DNA of 64,000 nt, taken from contig NC_083449.1 in assembly GCF_020745735.1 (NCBI RefSeq), positions 8,654,923 to 8,718,922 of the forward strand, in the 5' to 3' direction. The DNA is from Hemiscyllium ocellatum. Its lineage: Eukaryota. Numbering within the stretch: position 1 is the stretch's first letter; every line of letters begins with the position of its first letter. Below, piece by piece: positions 13,141-27,183 of this stretch. The position numbers and the translations under genes are program-made. Under the pieces are notes generated by a model. That model was not told the origin of the DNA and did not search any database. It saw nothing but the letters and a program-made list of their open reading frames with translations.

Positions 13141-15129
13141 ATCTGTCACGATCTTCAACGAAATGGGACGTGTTGGTGATTCTGTTCCTGTCAGTCTGAC
13201 TGAGGGAGATTTGTTTTGTGTCTGTGACACAGAAAGTGACTGCGGTATTGACTCGGTTTCTTTTTGCTTGTTGTTGTGATGATGTGTTTCTAGCTCCGCA
13301 AGTCTGTTTCTGTTCCTCTGTATAGGCTGGAATTTTCACTGTGTGAAAAAAACTCTCATCCATTCAAAATTGCGATTACATTTGTTGTCAAGTTACACAA
13401 ACCACTGGAACCTGACTGTGAGTGTTTTCTACACTTGGGGTTGATGCAATATATTTCTGAGACCTTGACTGATAACTGTGGGCTCAGAGACTGATCGATA
13501 TCTGTGTGCTTTGCAAGTACCTGCAGTGTAACTGAACCACGTTGCTGCATTTTTCATTTAGACGTCTTGCAGTTTCACGTCGGGATTTATAACATTTCTC
13601 AGTCATATGCGAATACCTGTTAACCAGCAACTGTTAGCATGCTATATTGCTATATATATGTGTGTGTGTGTCACTTTAACTTTGTATCAGTCGAGTCCTA
13701 ATTTACACATTTGACATGAATTCAACATCTGTCCACTGAGGGTCTGGTCCTCTGTGTAATCGTTAATTAGTGTTACTTCAAGACAGCTTTTATTCTGTAA
13801 CCATCAACCATTGATGTATGCGGTAAAACGTTACACTATTTGCCAGCCCCTTAGAAATACTCCTCCAATCTGTGCCCCCAGGAGAAAGTGAGGATTGCAG
13901 ATGCTGGGCTTATGCCTAAAACGTCGAGATGAAGGGCTTATACTTGAAACATCGATTCTCCTGCTCCTGGATGCTGCCTGACATGCTGTGCTTTTCCAGC
14001 ACCACACTCTCGACTCCAATCTGTGCCCTTCTGTTTCTGGGGTGTATTTTTGTAAACTCTATTTTACAGTCTTTACATGTCAGTATGTTACTGGTCTGTA
14101 ACTCAAACCTTCTTAAGTGTACCTTTTTGCTTTACTCTGTCAGTGTCAATTTTGAAAGCACCAGGTACCACTTTGGACAGACTCAGGTAGGGCTCACTAT
14201 CCTCTACTCCCATACCCTATGAATATCAGCTTCTGCAAATTGAAGCTGAGTTTGTATTTATAACTGCAGCATTTTGATAAAGGATAATACTTTGTACGTT
14301 GCAGATATTGTCAATAACTATGTCACTGCTGATGTTACATTGTTTATGCCAGTTTCTAGCTAATCAATAATTGCATTATATCTTAACAATTTATTGCTTT
14401 GCAAGTGTCTCAGTATTTAATTCTGTAGCTGCCAGTTTGTTAGATTAGATTTGATTACTTAGTGTATTCTAATCTGATATTTACTCAGTTTCAGTCAATC
14501 ACTGGCATGACAGACAGCAAATATCTCAACATCTCAAAGTTTCTGATGAAATGGATGGGTTTTTTCACTCCATCCCTGATAGATCAGGGTAACTTATAAC
14601 TGAATCAATCAGTATGTGATCTGTGAGCACACACATATCAGTAAGTTACAGATAAAGTGAATGATGCCTCCCAATCTTGTCATGCAGATACAGTGTATAT
14701 ACTGTAGTTATTGATTTTTTTTCTATCTTGTGTCACTTTAAATATCTCAAAGCAGAACAGCATAAGAAGCAACAGAAATCTGTGACATTTCTATCTGCCT
14801 GTTTGTACTCTGTCATGAGAACAGATCACAAAGACTTTAGGTCTGGTCTTCATCTTATTCTGATGTTTAGTGCCCATAACCAAAAACTTTCTTATATATC
14901 AAAAAAAGATACATGGGTGAATTACCATAAATTAAGCCGCTAACCCAACCCAAACTGCTCTCTGTGGAACAGAAGGCTTCCTGTTCAAAACTGTGTCCTT
15001 ACTCTGGATTCTCTCATGAGCAGTGCCATCCTCCCAGCATCAACTCTGTCAACGCCCGTCAGATCATTTTCGTTTGCTCTAAAGGTCATACATTGCTCTT
15101 CAAAACTCCAATGAGAATATACCCAACCA

Positions 15130-16190
15130 TTTCATACTTACAATGAGAGCCTATGTATCAATCTGCAGCTCTAAGCTTCTGCTATGTGAATATGTGAGTA
15201 CAGGTATCACCCTCTCCCAGTAAGATTCTGCTATGTGCATACTTGAATGAAGTTAACACCCTATACCTGTTGGTTTCTACTACGTGAATATGAGTTTCTG
15301 GTCTGTAAATGTGATAGTTTAATCAATCATCCATATCAGTTTTGGCATTGTTAAAATGTGAATATAGTTATCAATGTCTACCCGCTATCTTCTGCTAAGT
15401 GAACATGTAAGGGTACATATTGAAATATACCTGTTGCTTTCAGTGACAGGAATGCATGAGTGTGGTTATCAATCTTTCCCTGACAGTTTCTTCGATGTAA
15501 ATGTATTGGTGTAGTTATCCATCTGTGCAGATGAAGGGCTTTTAACCAAAGCGTCGATTCTCCTGCTCCTCGGATGTTTCCTGACCCGCTGTACTTTTCC
15601 AGCACCACACTCCCGACTCTAATCTCAAGCATCTGCAGTCCTCACCTTTGCAAATGCATTTGGACCTGTCAGTTTCTGATCTGTGAATATGAAAGTGTAG
15701 TTTTTGATCTGTCCATCAGTTTCTGTAATTTGAATATGACTGTCTAGTTATCTATCTCTCCCTATCAGTTTCTGTGATGTGATGATGACGGTCCAATTAT
15801 CTATCTGCCCCTGTCAGATTCTCCTGTGTGAATATGAGAGTGTCATTACCAGTCTCTACCAGTCAGGTTTTGCAACATCAATGTGATTTTAGTTATCAAT
15901 CTGCCCCATTAGGTTCTAGTTGAATGTAAAAATGTAGTAATCAATATATACCTGTGAGATTTTGCTCTGGGAATGTGGGTGTTATCAAAATGTACCTGTC
16001 TGTTTCTGCAATGTGAATGTGTTTGTGCAATCATCAATCTACCCCTGACAGCTTCAACTATACGAATGGATGAGTGCATCTGTACCTGAAAGTATCTGTA
16101 CCTGTCAGTTTGTGTTCTGTGAATAAGTGAGTGTAGTTATATATTTGTCTCTGTTTAATATGACACTTGCAGAAACTGCAGGAGCTCTAT
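15130..16190 (+). repeat. Degenerate ~49-bp satellite tract
   Basis: Recurrent GTGTAGTTATCAATCTGTACCTGTCAGTTTCTGCTATGTGAATATGAGA-like units. Confidence 0.8.
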
Positions 16191-16254
16191 TTACTTCAAA
16201 TCTCCGTTGCTCAACATGAATAAGGTTTCATCTATTGCCATCCATTTCAGAGTG

Positions 16255-16570
16255 GCATGGTGGCACAGTGGTGCCAGGGACAAAGATTCAATTCCAGCCT
16301 TGGTTCATTATCTGTGTGCAGTTTGCACGTTTTGCCCGTGTCTCCATAAGTTTCCTCTGAGTGCTCTAGTTTCTTTGCATGGTCCAAACATGTGCAGGTT
16401 TGCGGATTAGCCATGGTAAATTGTCTTGTAGTATTACAGGATGTATAATGTCAGTGCATTAACTCTGGTAAACGTGGAGTTATGGGGATAGGGTGGGTCT
16501 ATATCTGGGTGGGATCCGCTTTGGAGAGTTGTGCAGGGAGATGGGCCAAATGATCTCTCTCTTCTCTGTA
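16255..16570 (+). mobile_element. Old HE1-type SINE
   Basis: Degenerate A/B boxes and V-core. Confidence 0.7.
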
Positions 16571-16884
16571 AATGAAATTCTATGTACTGTAAATGAAAGG
16601 GAGACTTTTTCTATCATTGTCAGTCTCAACAGTGTAAAGCACTTTGGATAATTTCCACAACTTGTATTCAATGGTACAGTTTATGATTGTAAGTTATGTT
16701 CTGCATCTGTATTTTGAATTTATTGTTCACATGATTATAACTAGATCACTTTACGAGAGCTTTCTCATTCTGGGTATCTGTCTGAATGTGTACCTTTTCA
16801 TGTCAATATTTGATTTTCCTCTGGACAGGTTTTGGAAAGTGTAGGGGGTGATGGCTGTTCATCCTATGTTCTCCTGAGAATCCA

Positions 16885-18235
16885 AGTTTCTGAAACTGGA
16901 CTGGCTCTAATGCAATGAGGGGTACGTTGGCTTCCAAGAGATCAATTGCGTTAGGGGATTCTGTAGTCAGAGGTACAGACAAGACGTTTCTGTGGCCAGC
17001 AGCGATAAAACAGAATGGTGTGTTGGTTCCCTGGTGCCAGGATCAAGGATGTCTCAGAGAGGGTGTAGAATGTACTCACGGGGAAATAGGGGACAGTCAG
17101 AAGTCATTGTCCACATTGGAACCAATGATATAGGAAGGTAAAAGGTTGAAATTCTGAAGGGAGATTACAGAGAGTTAGGCAGAAATTTAAAAAGGAGGTT
17201 ACTCACAGTGCTACAAGTTAGTGAGGGCAGGAATAGGAGGACAGAGCAGATGAATGCATGGTTGAGGAGCTAGTGTATGGGGAAGGATTCACATTTTTGG
17301 ATCACTGGAATGTCTTTTGGGGTAGAAGTGACCTGTATACGAAGGACGGATTACACCTAAATTGGAAGGGGACTAATATACTGGCAGGGAAATTTCCTCA
17401 AGCTGCTCGGGAGGATTTAAATTAGTAAGGTGGGAGGGTGGGGGAATGGGAGATGGGAACCACGGAAATAGTGAGGAAAAAGATCAGTCAGAGACTGGTA
17501 CAGTTGAGAACAGAAGCGAGTCAAACAGTCAGGGCAAGCAGGGACAAGGTAGGACTAATGAATTAAACTGTATTTACTTCAAAGCAAGGGGCCTAACAGG
17601 GAAGGCAGATGAACACAGGGCATGGTTAGGAATATCCAAGGACTGGGATATCATAGCAATTACAGAAACATGGCTCAGGGACCCCAGTTACCACGCTGGG
17701 AGAAAATGAACAGGAAATGACATCACCAACCCAAGGAAACCTGAATACATAAACAAAAAGCAGGCCATACCACCAGTGCTTTATCCAGAGGCTCACTGCT
17801 CATGTTACCTAGTATGGTGACAAAACATCTAAAAACAAACCTTCCAGTTCAGTAAACAAACCTATGCCCAGAAGTCTCTCAAATTATGAGATGCATGGTT
17901 AAGGTCGATGGTCAGAATCTTTTTCCAAGAGTTGAAACGTCTAAAACTAAGAGGCATGCATATAAGGTGAGAGGGGGAAAGTTCAAAGGAGACCTAAAGT
18001 GTGGTTTTTATTTAAAGTAGAGAGTAGTAGTATCAGTAGCACTGCCAGGGGTGGTGATGGAGGCAGATACGATACAGCTATTGAAGGGATTTTAAAATAA
18101 GCAAATTAATATGCAAGTAAGAAAGGGATATGGACCAAGGGCAGGATGAAGGGATTAATTTCATTTGGCGTCATGTTCGGCACAACTTCATGGGCTGAAG
18201 GACACTTTCCTGTGCTGCACCATTTAATGCAGTGT
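16885..18235 (+). mobile_element. CR1-type LINE fragments (ORF1 SGNH esterase, APE start, 3' end)
   Basis: IALGDSVVRG esterase motif; WDIIAITETWL endonuclease motif. Confidence 0.8.
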
Positions 18236-18923
18236 ATATGTCGGATGAGGATTCATTCAAGTTGATTGGAACTGGGTAGCATGCATTGAGAATATGGATA
18301 AAAAATATAAACTTCTATTTACTTGGTGGTGTTTACCTCTTGGTTTGAACATATCTTTCTGGAAATGGAGCTCAATGTGAACCTGACTCAATCCACTCTG
18401 TGACTGTGGAAAGGATGTTCTTTGCTCTGATAGCAGTAACATACCTGCTGTTTGTTCAAAGCAGCTGGTCACACTTGGCTCTGTACTGAGGGAATATTCC
18501 ATTGTCTTGGTCCTTTGTCTTCCTCCAGGGAAGTACTCAGAGATAGCTCCTGTAAATCAACATCAGCTGTGATTGGCAACATCAATATAACATTCAGTTA
18601 ATCATTATGAATGTTTGTTCAACGCCAGTAATTTAAACAGCTCTGATTCTACCCCTGGTCTGAGCTGCTCCATTTCCTTTTTTTCATAAAACTCTAATAC
18701 CAGTTGAGTTAAGATTCAGAAACTAAACAATACCCATACAGTTCCATGAATGGGGCCACCTGATACAAGTGGGTATGTGGATATGTGAGTTTATACCTGT
18801 CAGTTCCTGCTTGGTGAATGTGTGGGTGTAGTTATCAAACTGTAAATATCAGTATATGGTAAATATATTTACATATTCACACAGCAGAGACTGGCAGAGT
18901 CTGATTGATAACTAGAGAATCAT

Positions 18924-19149
18924 CGAGTAAAAAATGAGGTCTGCAGATGCTGGAGATCACAGCTGCAAATGTGTTGCTGGTCAAAGCACAGCAGGTTAGG
19001 CAGCATCTCATGAATAGAGAATTCGACGTTTCGAGCATAAGCCCTTCATCAGGAATATTCCTGATGAAGGGCTTATGCTCGAAACGTCGAATTCTCTATT
19101 CCTGAGATGCTGCCTAACCTGCTGTGCTTTGACCAGCAACACATTTGCA
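18924..19149. mobile_element. PLE-derived fold-back insert with two hammerhead motifs and 13-14 bp TSD
   Basis: Palindrome 18964-19149; TSD AACTAGAGAATCAT 18910-18923 / 19149-19162. Confidence 0.85.
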
Positions 19150-19749
19150 ACTAGAGAATCATAAAAATAATTCAGCTTTGGGGGCATTCAGCCCATCTTG
19201 TCCATGCCAACAAAAACACATCGAGATGCCCTTTCTCATCCCACTTTCCTGCCTTGCAATTTACAACACTCCAAGTGCAGTTCCAGGGAATTTTTGTTTT
19301 AAAAATATTAGGGTCTCTGCCTGCATCACCAAATTAGGCAGCAAATTCCAGATACCCAACACTTTCTGCATAACAAACATTTTTCCTCATATATCATCTA
19401 ATTCTACAGCCACTTAGCTTGAATATGTTATCCTTGGTTTTTGAACTTTCTGCTAAAGGAAACAGGTTCCTCCTGTCTATTCTAATGTCTCCTTCTCACT
19501 TGTTAGCTAAAAATCATTCAATGCCAGGTTATAGTTTAACAGGTTTATTTGGAAGTGCACACTTTCAGAGAGCTGCTCCTTCATCGGGTAGCTCAGGTAT
19601 TTAGTACTGTAGACACCACTTGTAACAGCTTTCTATTCACAAGAGCAGCCATCGACCATTACCCTTTCTTTCCTGTGTCTGAGCCAGCTTTGGATGCAGA
19701 TCAACACATTAACCTGTATCCCATGGGATTTTACTTTTGGACCAGTCTG

Positions 19750-20960
19750 CTGTGATGATGATGCTCGTGATGATGACTTGGAAAAGTCGCAGGCTCTGAA
19801 AAGTTTGAGTTGATGGGTTTTAGGGCCATATTGATTATAGATAACAGATAATGCCTGAGGCAAGAGGCTTCCACATTTTTCAGAAGAACACTTGTACAAT
19901 GAAAGGGGAGTGTCCCAGTTTTCCCAACTCCGCTTTCCTCTGGTTTGTTTTAGTTTTGGGCTGTCTGGCTATTGACTGAAAGCAATCAGGCAATTGAAAA
20001 AGCTGCTGAGACCAAAGAAGTGGGTCCATGATGGTTCTGATATCTCTCTTGTGTTTGATTCTACCTTTTGTGCCAAGGGCTGTTATGGGGATTGTTGTAA
20101 ATGTTGGGAACACCATCATTAAATTGGTATAATCGGTTGGGTTTTCAGATTTGTTAAGTTATTCAGTATTCTGTTCTCTTTTGTTTGTGTATCATTTGGT
20201 AATTTTGTAAATTAAACAAAAACTACATGGTTTGACCACTGCATTCCTCCTAGAATATTTTTGTTACACTCACTTAATAGAAACTAGTAAAGTTAGGGTC
20301 TGGGTTACTTTCTTGAAATGTTTGAAGTGGGTCTGGCCTTTTCCATAACAGATGTTTGCAGAATTTATTGTATAGTTCTGATTTGGGATTCGGGTTGCTG
20401 GACTCTAAATGGTAAGTATTAGTGTCTTTTGTTCCGGAGTTGAGTTCAATTGGTTTGAACAGTGCTTGGACAAAGTGAGGACGGCAGATGCTAGAGATCG
20501 GTGACGACAGTGCGGTGCTGGAAAGGCACAGCAGGTCATGTAGCATCTAAGAAGCAAGAGAATCGTACTTTTGGGTATACGTCCTTCATCAGGGCGTAGT
20601 GCTTGGGATAGCAATGGCTCTTTGAGTCATCAAGAGATTTCTGAGGGTGGAAGGAGTGTCTTCAGATTTTTCCAAAAGGTGATTCATGCCAAACTGCTGG
20701 AATTACCAGACAAGCTAGAGCTTGACACGCTTCATTCCATGAGGTAAAGGGCGATAATTACAGCAGTACCTCAACACTTAAATTTGCTGGAAACGTCATC
20801 AGAATCTTTAGATGGCTAACATTCAACTAAAAATGAAGTAACTCTGGTTAGAGGCAAATGTCAAGGAAAAGGCAACAAAAACAAAGCTGTCTGAATTACT
20901 ATTAAAAGCAGAAGAGAGGGAGAAGAGAGACAAAAGAAGAGAGAGGACCAGAAGCAAGAG
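19750..20960 (+). mobile_element. Probable LTR (TG...CA, ~19752-20350) plus degenerate Gypsy-like gag start
   Basis: TGTGATG...CCATAACA boundaries; second copy begins at 63576; charged gag-like region from ~20613. Confidence 0.5.
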
Positions 20961-20964
20961 GGAG

Positions 20965-21290
20965 ATGCTGCATTTTGGGAAACCAAAGCTTAGCAGGACT
21001 TATACACTTAACGGTAAGGTCCTAGGGAGTGTTGCTGAACAAAGAGACCTTGGAGTGCAGGTTCATAGCTCCTTGAAAGTGGAGTCACAGGTAGATAGAA
21101 TAGTGAAGGCGGCGTTTGGTATGCTTTCGTTTATTGGTCAGAGTTATGCACAGGAGTTGGGAGACTATGTTGCGGCTGTATTGGTTAACGCACTGTTGGA
21201 ACATTGTGTGCAATTCTGGTCTCCTTCCTATCAGAAAGATGTTGTGAAACTTGAAAGGGTTCAGAAAAGATATACAAGGATGTTGCCAGA
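20965..21290 (+). mobile_element. CR1-type LINE RT C-terminal fragment
   Basis: EQRDLGVQV, LEHCVQFWSP, LERVQKR motifs. Confidence 0.85.
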
Positions 21291-21469
21291 GTATTCAAAG
21301 TATTCCATAACAAGGCGATAGTAATTGACTGATGGTAGGTTCAAAGTTCAGGCTTTTCCACATTAAAAGTAAAATAAATCCGACAGAGATGAAAGTGCAG
21401 CTCCTTTCACAAATGCTGTGAGTAGCTCTTAAAAATGAACTTGGGTTGTCAGATTCAAGAATATTCTCT

Positions 21470-21847
<378 letters not shown>

Positions 21848-22944
21848 TTACAGGCATTTTCACAGAATTGCGAAAATGCAGCCACATTGCGGCCTCTTAT
21901 ACCTTCGGGAGGAATAGTGGGGCGGCCGTTTCTGATTGGGAATTGAAACAACATTAGGCAGGACCAATCAGATATCTGCCTCATTCCCCAATCCGGAGAG
22001 GGCACAGGGAGGAGGGCGGGAAGTACCGGCGCCAAATCATCAACCGCTTATTTCCAATTTGAAAAGCCCGCCAATATGTACGGACAAGGAGGTAGTTTTG
22101 TACTGAGGAATGCACAAATACTCGAGTTAATTTACTTCTACAATAAGCGTGTACACTTTACACTAACTCCCTTTACCTCATTCCCTGGCCTACTGGAATC
22201 TGCCCATTTCTGATCTCGAATGGGATTTTCTGAACATTAAAACAAGCGGCAAGGTAAAAAGGCGCCAAACCCTGCACTTCGGAACTAATCATTTAATTTC
22301 ACATTTCAACAGCTCCCCGATATACTGATAAACCATCCCGAGTGAGCGGATCAATAGCGAACGCAGTCTTTCGAGAATATTTTAACATTGCACTCCCTAC
22401 TGCACACGATCATAGATCAGTAAAAGCTCCACATTTAATCTGCCACTTCTGTAGGCGTTCTGGTTTTATTTTGGTTCATTTTCAAAGTCTCTCACCAACA
22501 GCAGAAAGCCTCATTTACAACATTCAGCATCTAACCATACTTATGCGGGGATTTGGAAATGAAAAATAAAGTAAAACGGAACTCAGAGGTAAACTTTTTT
22601 TTTGATTGCCGGCGGGTGCTGCCAGAGGTGAAACTCAAAGGTCATGTTCCTGCCCCCACCCAACAACTCGGGTTTGTAGCTCCCGAACTGATTAGAGAAC
22701 AAAGAATAAGACGGACACAGACAATTAGCTCAAAAATGACTCAGTGACGTTTAACATGATCTCTCTCCCCAAGCAGCGGGTTCAGTATATATACACACGA
22801 CTGCGTCCGAGAATAAGGTGAGCACAGGATCAGCGATCACTCAATAATTTACAGAACATTTATCAACACAAATGTCGCAGAGATATTTGTTGTACTTACC
22901 CAGAAACATAATGGTTTAGCCGTTTCAGGGAAGTTGTAGTTTCA

Positions 22945-23303
22945 GGGAATGTAGATTTCTCCAGCTTCCTCATTTCCCCTCCCCCTACCTTATCTCAGTC
23001 CCAACCCCCGGATTCAGCACCGCCCTCTTGACCTGCAATCTTCTTCCCGACCTCTCCGGCCTATCACCCTCACCTCCTTCCACCTATCGTATTCCCAGTA
23101 TCCCTTCCCCAAATTCCTCCCCCCCCGCACCACCTTTTATCTCAGTCCGCTTGGCACACCAGCCTCATTCCTGAAGAAGGGCTTATGCCCGAAACATAGA
23201 TTCTCCTGCTCCTCGGATGATGTCCGGTCTGCTGCGCTTTTCCAGCACCACATTTTCCAACTCTGGTCTCCAGCATCTACAGTCCTCACTTTCTCCTAGT
23301 TGA
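22945..23303 (+). mobile_element. PLE 3'-terminal fragment inserted in H2B stem-loop
   Basis: C-rich tract, CTGAAGAAGGGCTTATGCCCGAAAC 23171-23195, CAGTCCTCACTTTCTCC end. Confidence 0.75.
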
Positions 23304-23359
23304 TCTTATAAGAGCCTTTGGGTTGTGGATGTGTGTTTGTTTCAGTACAATGCGGTCCT

Positions 23360-23723
<364 letters not shown>

Positions 23724-23899
23724 CGTCCCGCTCAATGTCAGAAACAGAATAAGGGAAAGTGGGCTCGGAGCTCGGTTTTGATACATCACAATGCTAATCT
23801 AGGCTGAGGAAAGCCTGGTTCCTGATTGGGTAGTTTGCAGGAATGGTAGCCTCACTGTCAACGGTTAGTTTCCGACTCAATGTGAATTGAATTAATGTG

Positions 23900-24588
23900 T
23901 GAGTTAAAACTCACACAACACCAGGTTATAGTCCAACGGGTTTATTTGGAAGGACTAGCTTTCATAGTGCCGCTTCTTCGTCAGGTGGTTGTGACGCAGG
24001 ACCATAAAATACAGAATTTATAGCAAAGGATTACAGTATCGTGCGGCTGAGAAACATTAACCAATCTTAGATTAAGTGTTTCATCTTTTAAAATGGCTTT
24101 TCTAGTTTTGGTTGCTTAATACGTAAACTCCAGAATTCCTTTGAAGTCATAGTCACATTCTCAAGATAACTTCAGGTGTTCTAAGAGAATGTGTTATCTC
24201 CACTCAGGCAATGTTTTCAAGGTGTGAGGTTAAAGTCTGTCTGTGTCCCAATCTGGAGTCAGACTGGTTCTATTTGTAAAGTGGGATTTACAGAATCTTG
24301 CATGGATTGACTGTAGGTTATGCATTTTTTTTGAACAAAATAAAATTCTGCAAATGCAGATTCACTGCATAAACTTATATGTGTGTACTTGCAAGAGAGA
24401 GACAGACAGGCAGACAGAGAGAAAGAGTGGGTGAGTAAGCTTGGTGAAGTAGTGTGTAAGTGTGATGGGGTATAACCCTGTGAGAGGGTGCATGCATGTT
24501 TGTGTGGGGGGGATGTATGTGTGTGCATTTGAGATTGAGCTTGTAGATGAGAGAGGGTCTATGTTAGTCTGAGAGTATTTAGGAGTGT

Positions 24589-24674
<86 letters not shown>

Positions 24675-25030
24675 TGGAGTGTATAGTGCATTGGGGTCAC
24701 CTGTAGCATGACATGAACCCAAGGTCCTGCCTGGGTCCATCCTCATGGCTACCAAACAGTGCTATCAGCCTCTGCGTGGCCACTTTGCGTTGTTGCTTGT
24801 CCTGAAATCCGCCTTGCAGGAGAGTCACCAGAAGGTCCTAGGTCGAATATCCTGGACAGATGAAGTGTTCCCTGACTGGAAGGGAAGACTTTTGTCTGGT
24901 GATTGTTGTGCAATGTCCATTAATCCGTTGTAGCATCTGCTCAGTATTGCCAATGTACCAAGCCTCAAGGCATCCTTGCCTGCAGCGTATGAGATAGACA
25001 ATGTTGGCCAAGTGACAGTTGGAGAACACT
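23900..25030 (-). mobile_element. Penelope-like element 3' part with GIY-YIG endonuclease remnant
   Basis: NIVYLIRCRQGCLEAWYIGNTEQ...EHF in ORF 24838..25308. Confidence 0.8.
24585..24673. repeat. (GT)n(GA)n microsatellite
   Basis: Direct inspection. Confidence 0.95.
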
Positions 25031-25665
25031 TCAGTCCTAACTTGTTCTCTGCTTTGTACCTGCCTGCCATGACTGTTTAGTTCACTCCCTTTCCCAACTG
25101 TACCAGTCTCACATTGATCTCTTTCCTCACAATTTCCCTGAGTCCCCCATGTTACTTTCCAAGCAGCTCTAGCATATCTCCCTGCCATTATATTCATCCC
25201 TTTCCAATTCAGGTGAAATCTGTCCTTCTTGTACAGGTCACTTCTATTCCACAAGAGATTCCAAAGATAGTAAAATGTGAACCCCTCTCCTTTGTGCCAT
25301 CTCCTCAATCACATATTCATCTGCTCGATCCTCCAATCCCTACTCTCACTAACTCAGAGCACCGGAAGTAATCCAGATATTAGTACACTCAGGATCTCCT
25401 TCTTAAATTCCTGCCTAACTTTCTATATTTTCCCTTCAGAATCTCATCCTTTTCCCTTCCTATGATATTAGTTCTGAAGTGTGCAATCACTTCCTGGTGG
25501 TCTCTCTTCCTTTTGTGAATAGTCTGCACCTTCCAGGAGATATCCTTTATCCTGGCACACATTGGAGGCAACACAACATTCTGATTTTTCAATGCTGGCT
25601 GCAGAAATGTCTGTCTGTGTCTCTGAGTACAGAGTCCCAAATCACAATCGATCACTTGGAATTTG
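25030..25665 (-). mobile_element. CR1-type LINE ORF1 fragment
   Basis: Reverse complement of 16940-17560 type sequence (DLYKKDRFHLNWKG). Confidence 0.78.
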
Positions 25666-25764
25666 ATGTACCTCTCATTACATTAAAGCCTAATGTGGTG
25701 CAAATATAGCAGTGTTGTTATCGATCTGTACCAGTCTGTTTCTGTTATGTGAATATGAGCACAG

Positions 25765-26600
25765 CAATAATTTAGAATGATAGTGTTGCTTTAAAAGACG
25801 TATTTTGTCGTGTTCAGATAGTTAACATATAACACAATGAAGAAGGAATTGGAATAACTTAACTCTATTGGAATACTTAACAGAATAACTCTTCTTAATT
25901 AACTGTTCCAATACAGTAATATCCCATAAACATTCTTGGCAAAAGACAAATTCAATAAAATAGATAATCTCACATCTGACTCCAGTAGCAGAAAGAAAAA
26001 CTGCAGCTTCTGACTGTAACTGAGAGGGGAAAACTAGTTTCCCTGTCTTCAAGACACCAACAGTTTTGCTGAAAGCCAAAACTAAAAATGTCATTCTGTG
26101 AGAGCTTGACCACACCCATTCAGGCTGCTTCTGTTGTTCCAACTTTAAAAGGAGCCTCAAACTGTTTACTCGAGTGGCTCTGGTAGACCTCAACACTTCT
26201 GCCATAAAACCTCTCTTCAACAAGAAAGAATAAAATAAATATCTTAAAGCCACAATATTATCAAACCTTCCACCCCTCTTTAAAAGAACCCATCAATATA
26301 CAGGGATGGCCTAATTTTAAAAACTTCTTTCACCTTACACTATTAGCACACAATACATATACATTTCATTGACTCTTAAGCATGCAAACACTCACTATGA
26401 CAGTCCACCTTTATCTGCTATTAAACACTTTCATCTTTTCTCATCAAAGTCATGACAACACCTTGGCAATTAGGTTCTCTCATCCTGCCCTGTATGTAAT
26501 TTGAAAATTGAATGACTGCGATAATAAGCTTTATCTAAAGAGTCTGTAATCTTTGTTCTTAAATTGCTTCAAAAACAATAAACCCAAGGTGTTCTTCTCA
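25765..26600 (-). mobile_element. Probable LTR retroelement remnant
   Basis: Purine tract AAAGAGGGGTGGAAGG (minus strand ~26270) next to LTR-like segment. Confidence 0.4.
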
Positions 26601-27183
26601 AACATGGCTGTACAGGACATTGGTTATGGCACTGTTGGAATATTGCATACAATTCTGGTATCCTTCCTATCGGAAAGATGTTGTGAAACTTGAAAAGTTT
26701 CAGAAAAGATTTACAAGGATGTTGCCAGGGTTGGAGGATCTGAGCTACAGGGAGCGGCTGAACAGGCTGGGGCTGTTTTCCCTGGAGCGTGGGAGGCTGA
26801 GGGGAGACCTTATGGAGGTTTACAAAATTATGAGGGGCATGGATAGAATAAATAGACAAAGTCTTTTCCCTGGGATCCGAGAGTCCAGAAGTAGAAGGCA
26901 TAGGTTTAGAGTGAGACGGGAAAGACATAAAAGAGACCTAAGGGGCAACATTTTCATGCAGAGGATGGTACTTGTATGGAATGAGTTGCCAGAGGATGTG
27001 GTGGAGGCTGGTACAACTCCAACATTTAAGAGGCATTTGGATGGGTATATGAATAGGAAGGGTTTGGAGGGATATGGGCCAGGTGCTGGTAGATGGGACT
27101 ACATTGGGTTGGGATATCTGGTCGGCATGGACGGGTTGGACCGAATGGTTTGTTTCCATGCTGTACATCTCTATGACTCTATG
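26600..27183 (+). mobile_element. CR1-type LINE 3' end
   Basis: LEYCIQFW...RLGLFSLERGRLRGDLMEVYKI; (GACTCTAT) tail. Confidence 0.9.

Noticed and set aside
24362-24709. HT-repeat ORF
   Set aside because: Translation of a (CA)n microsatellite
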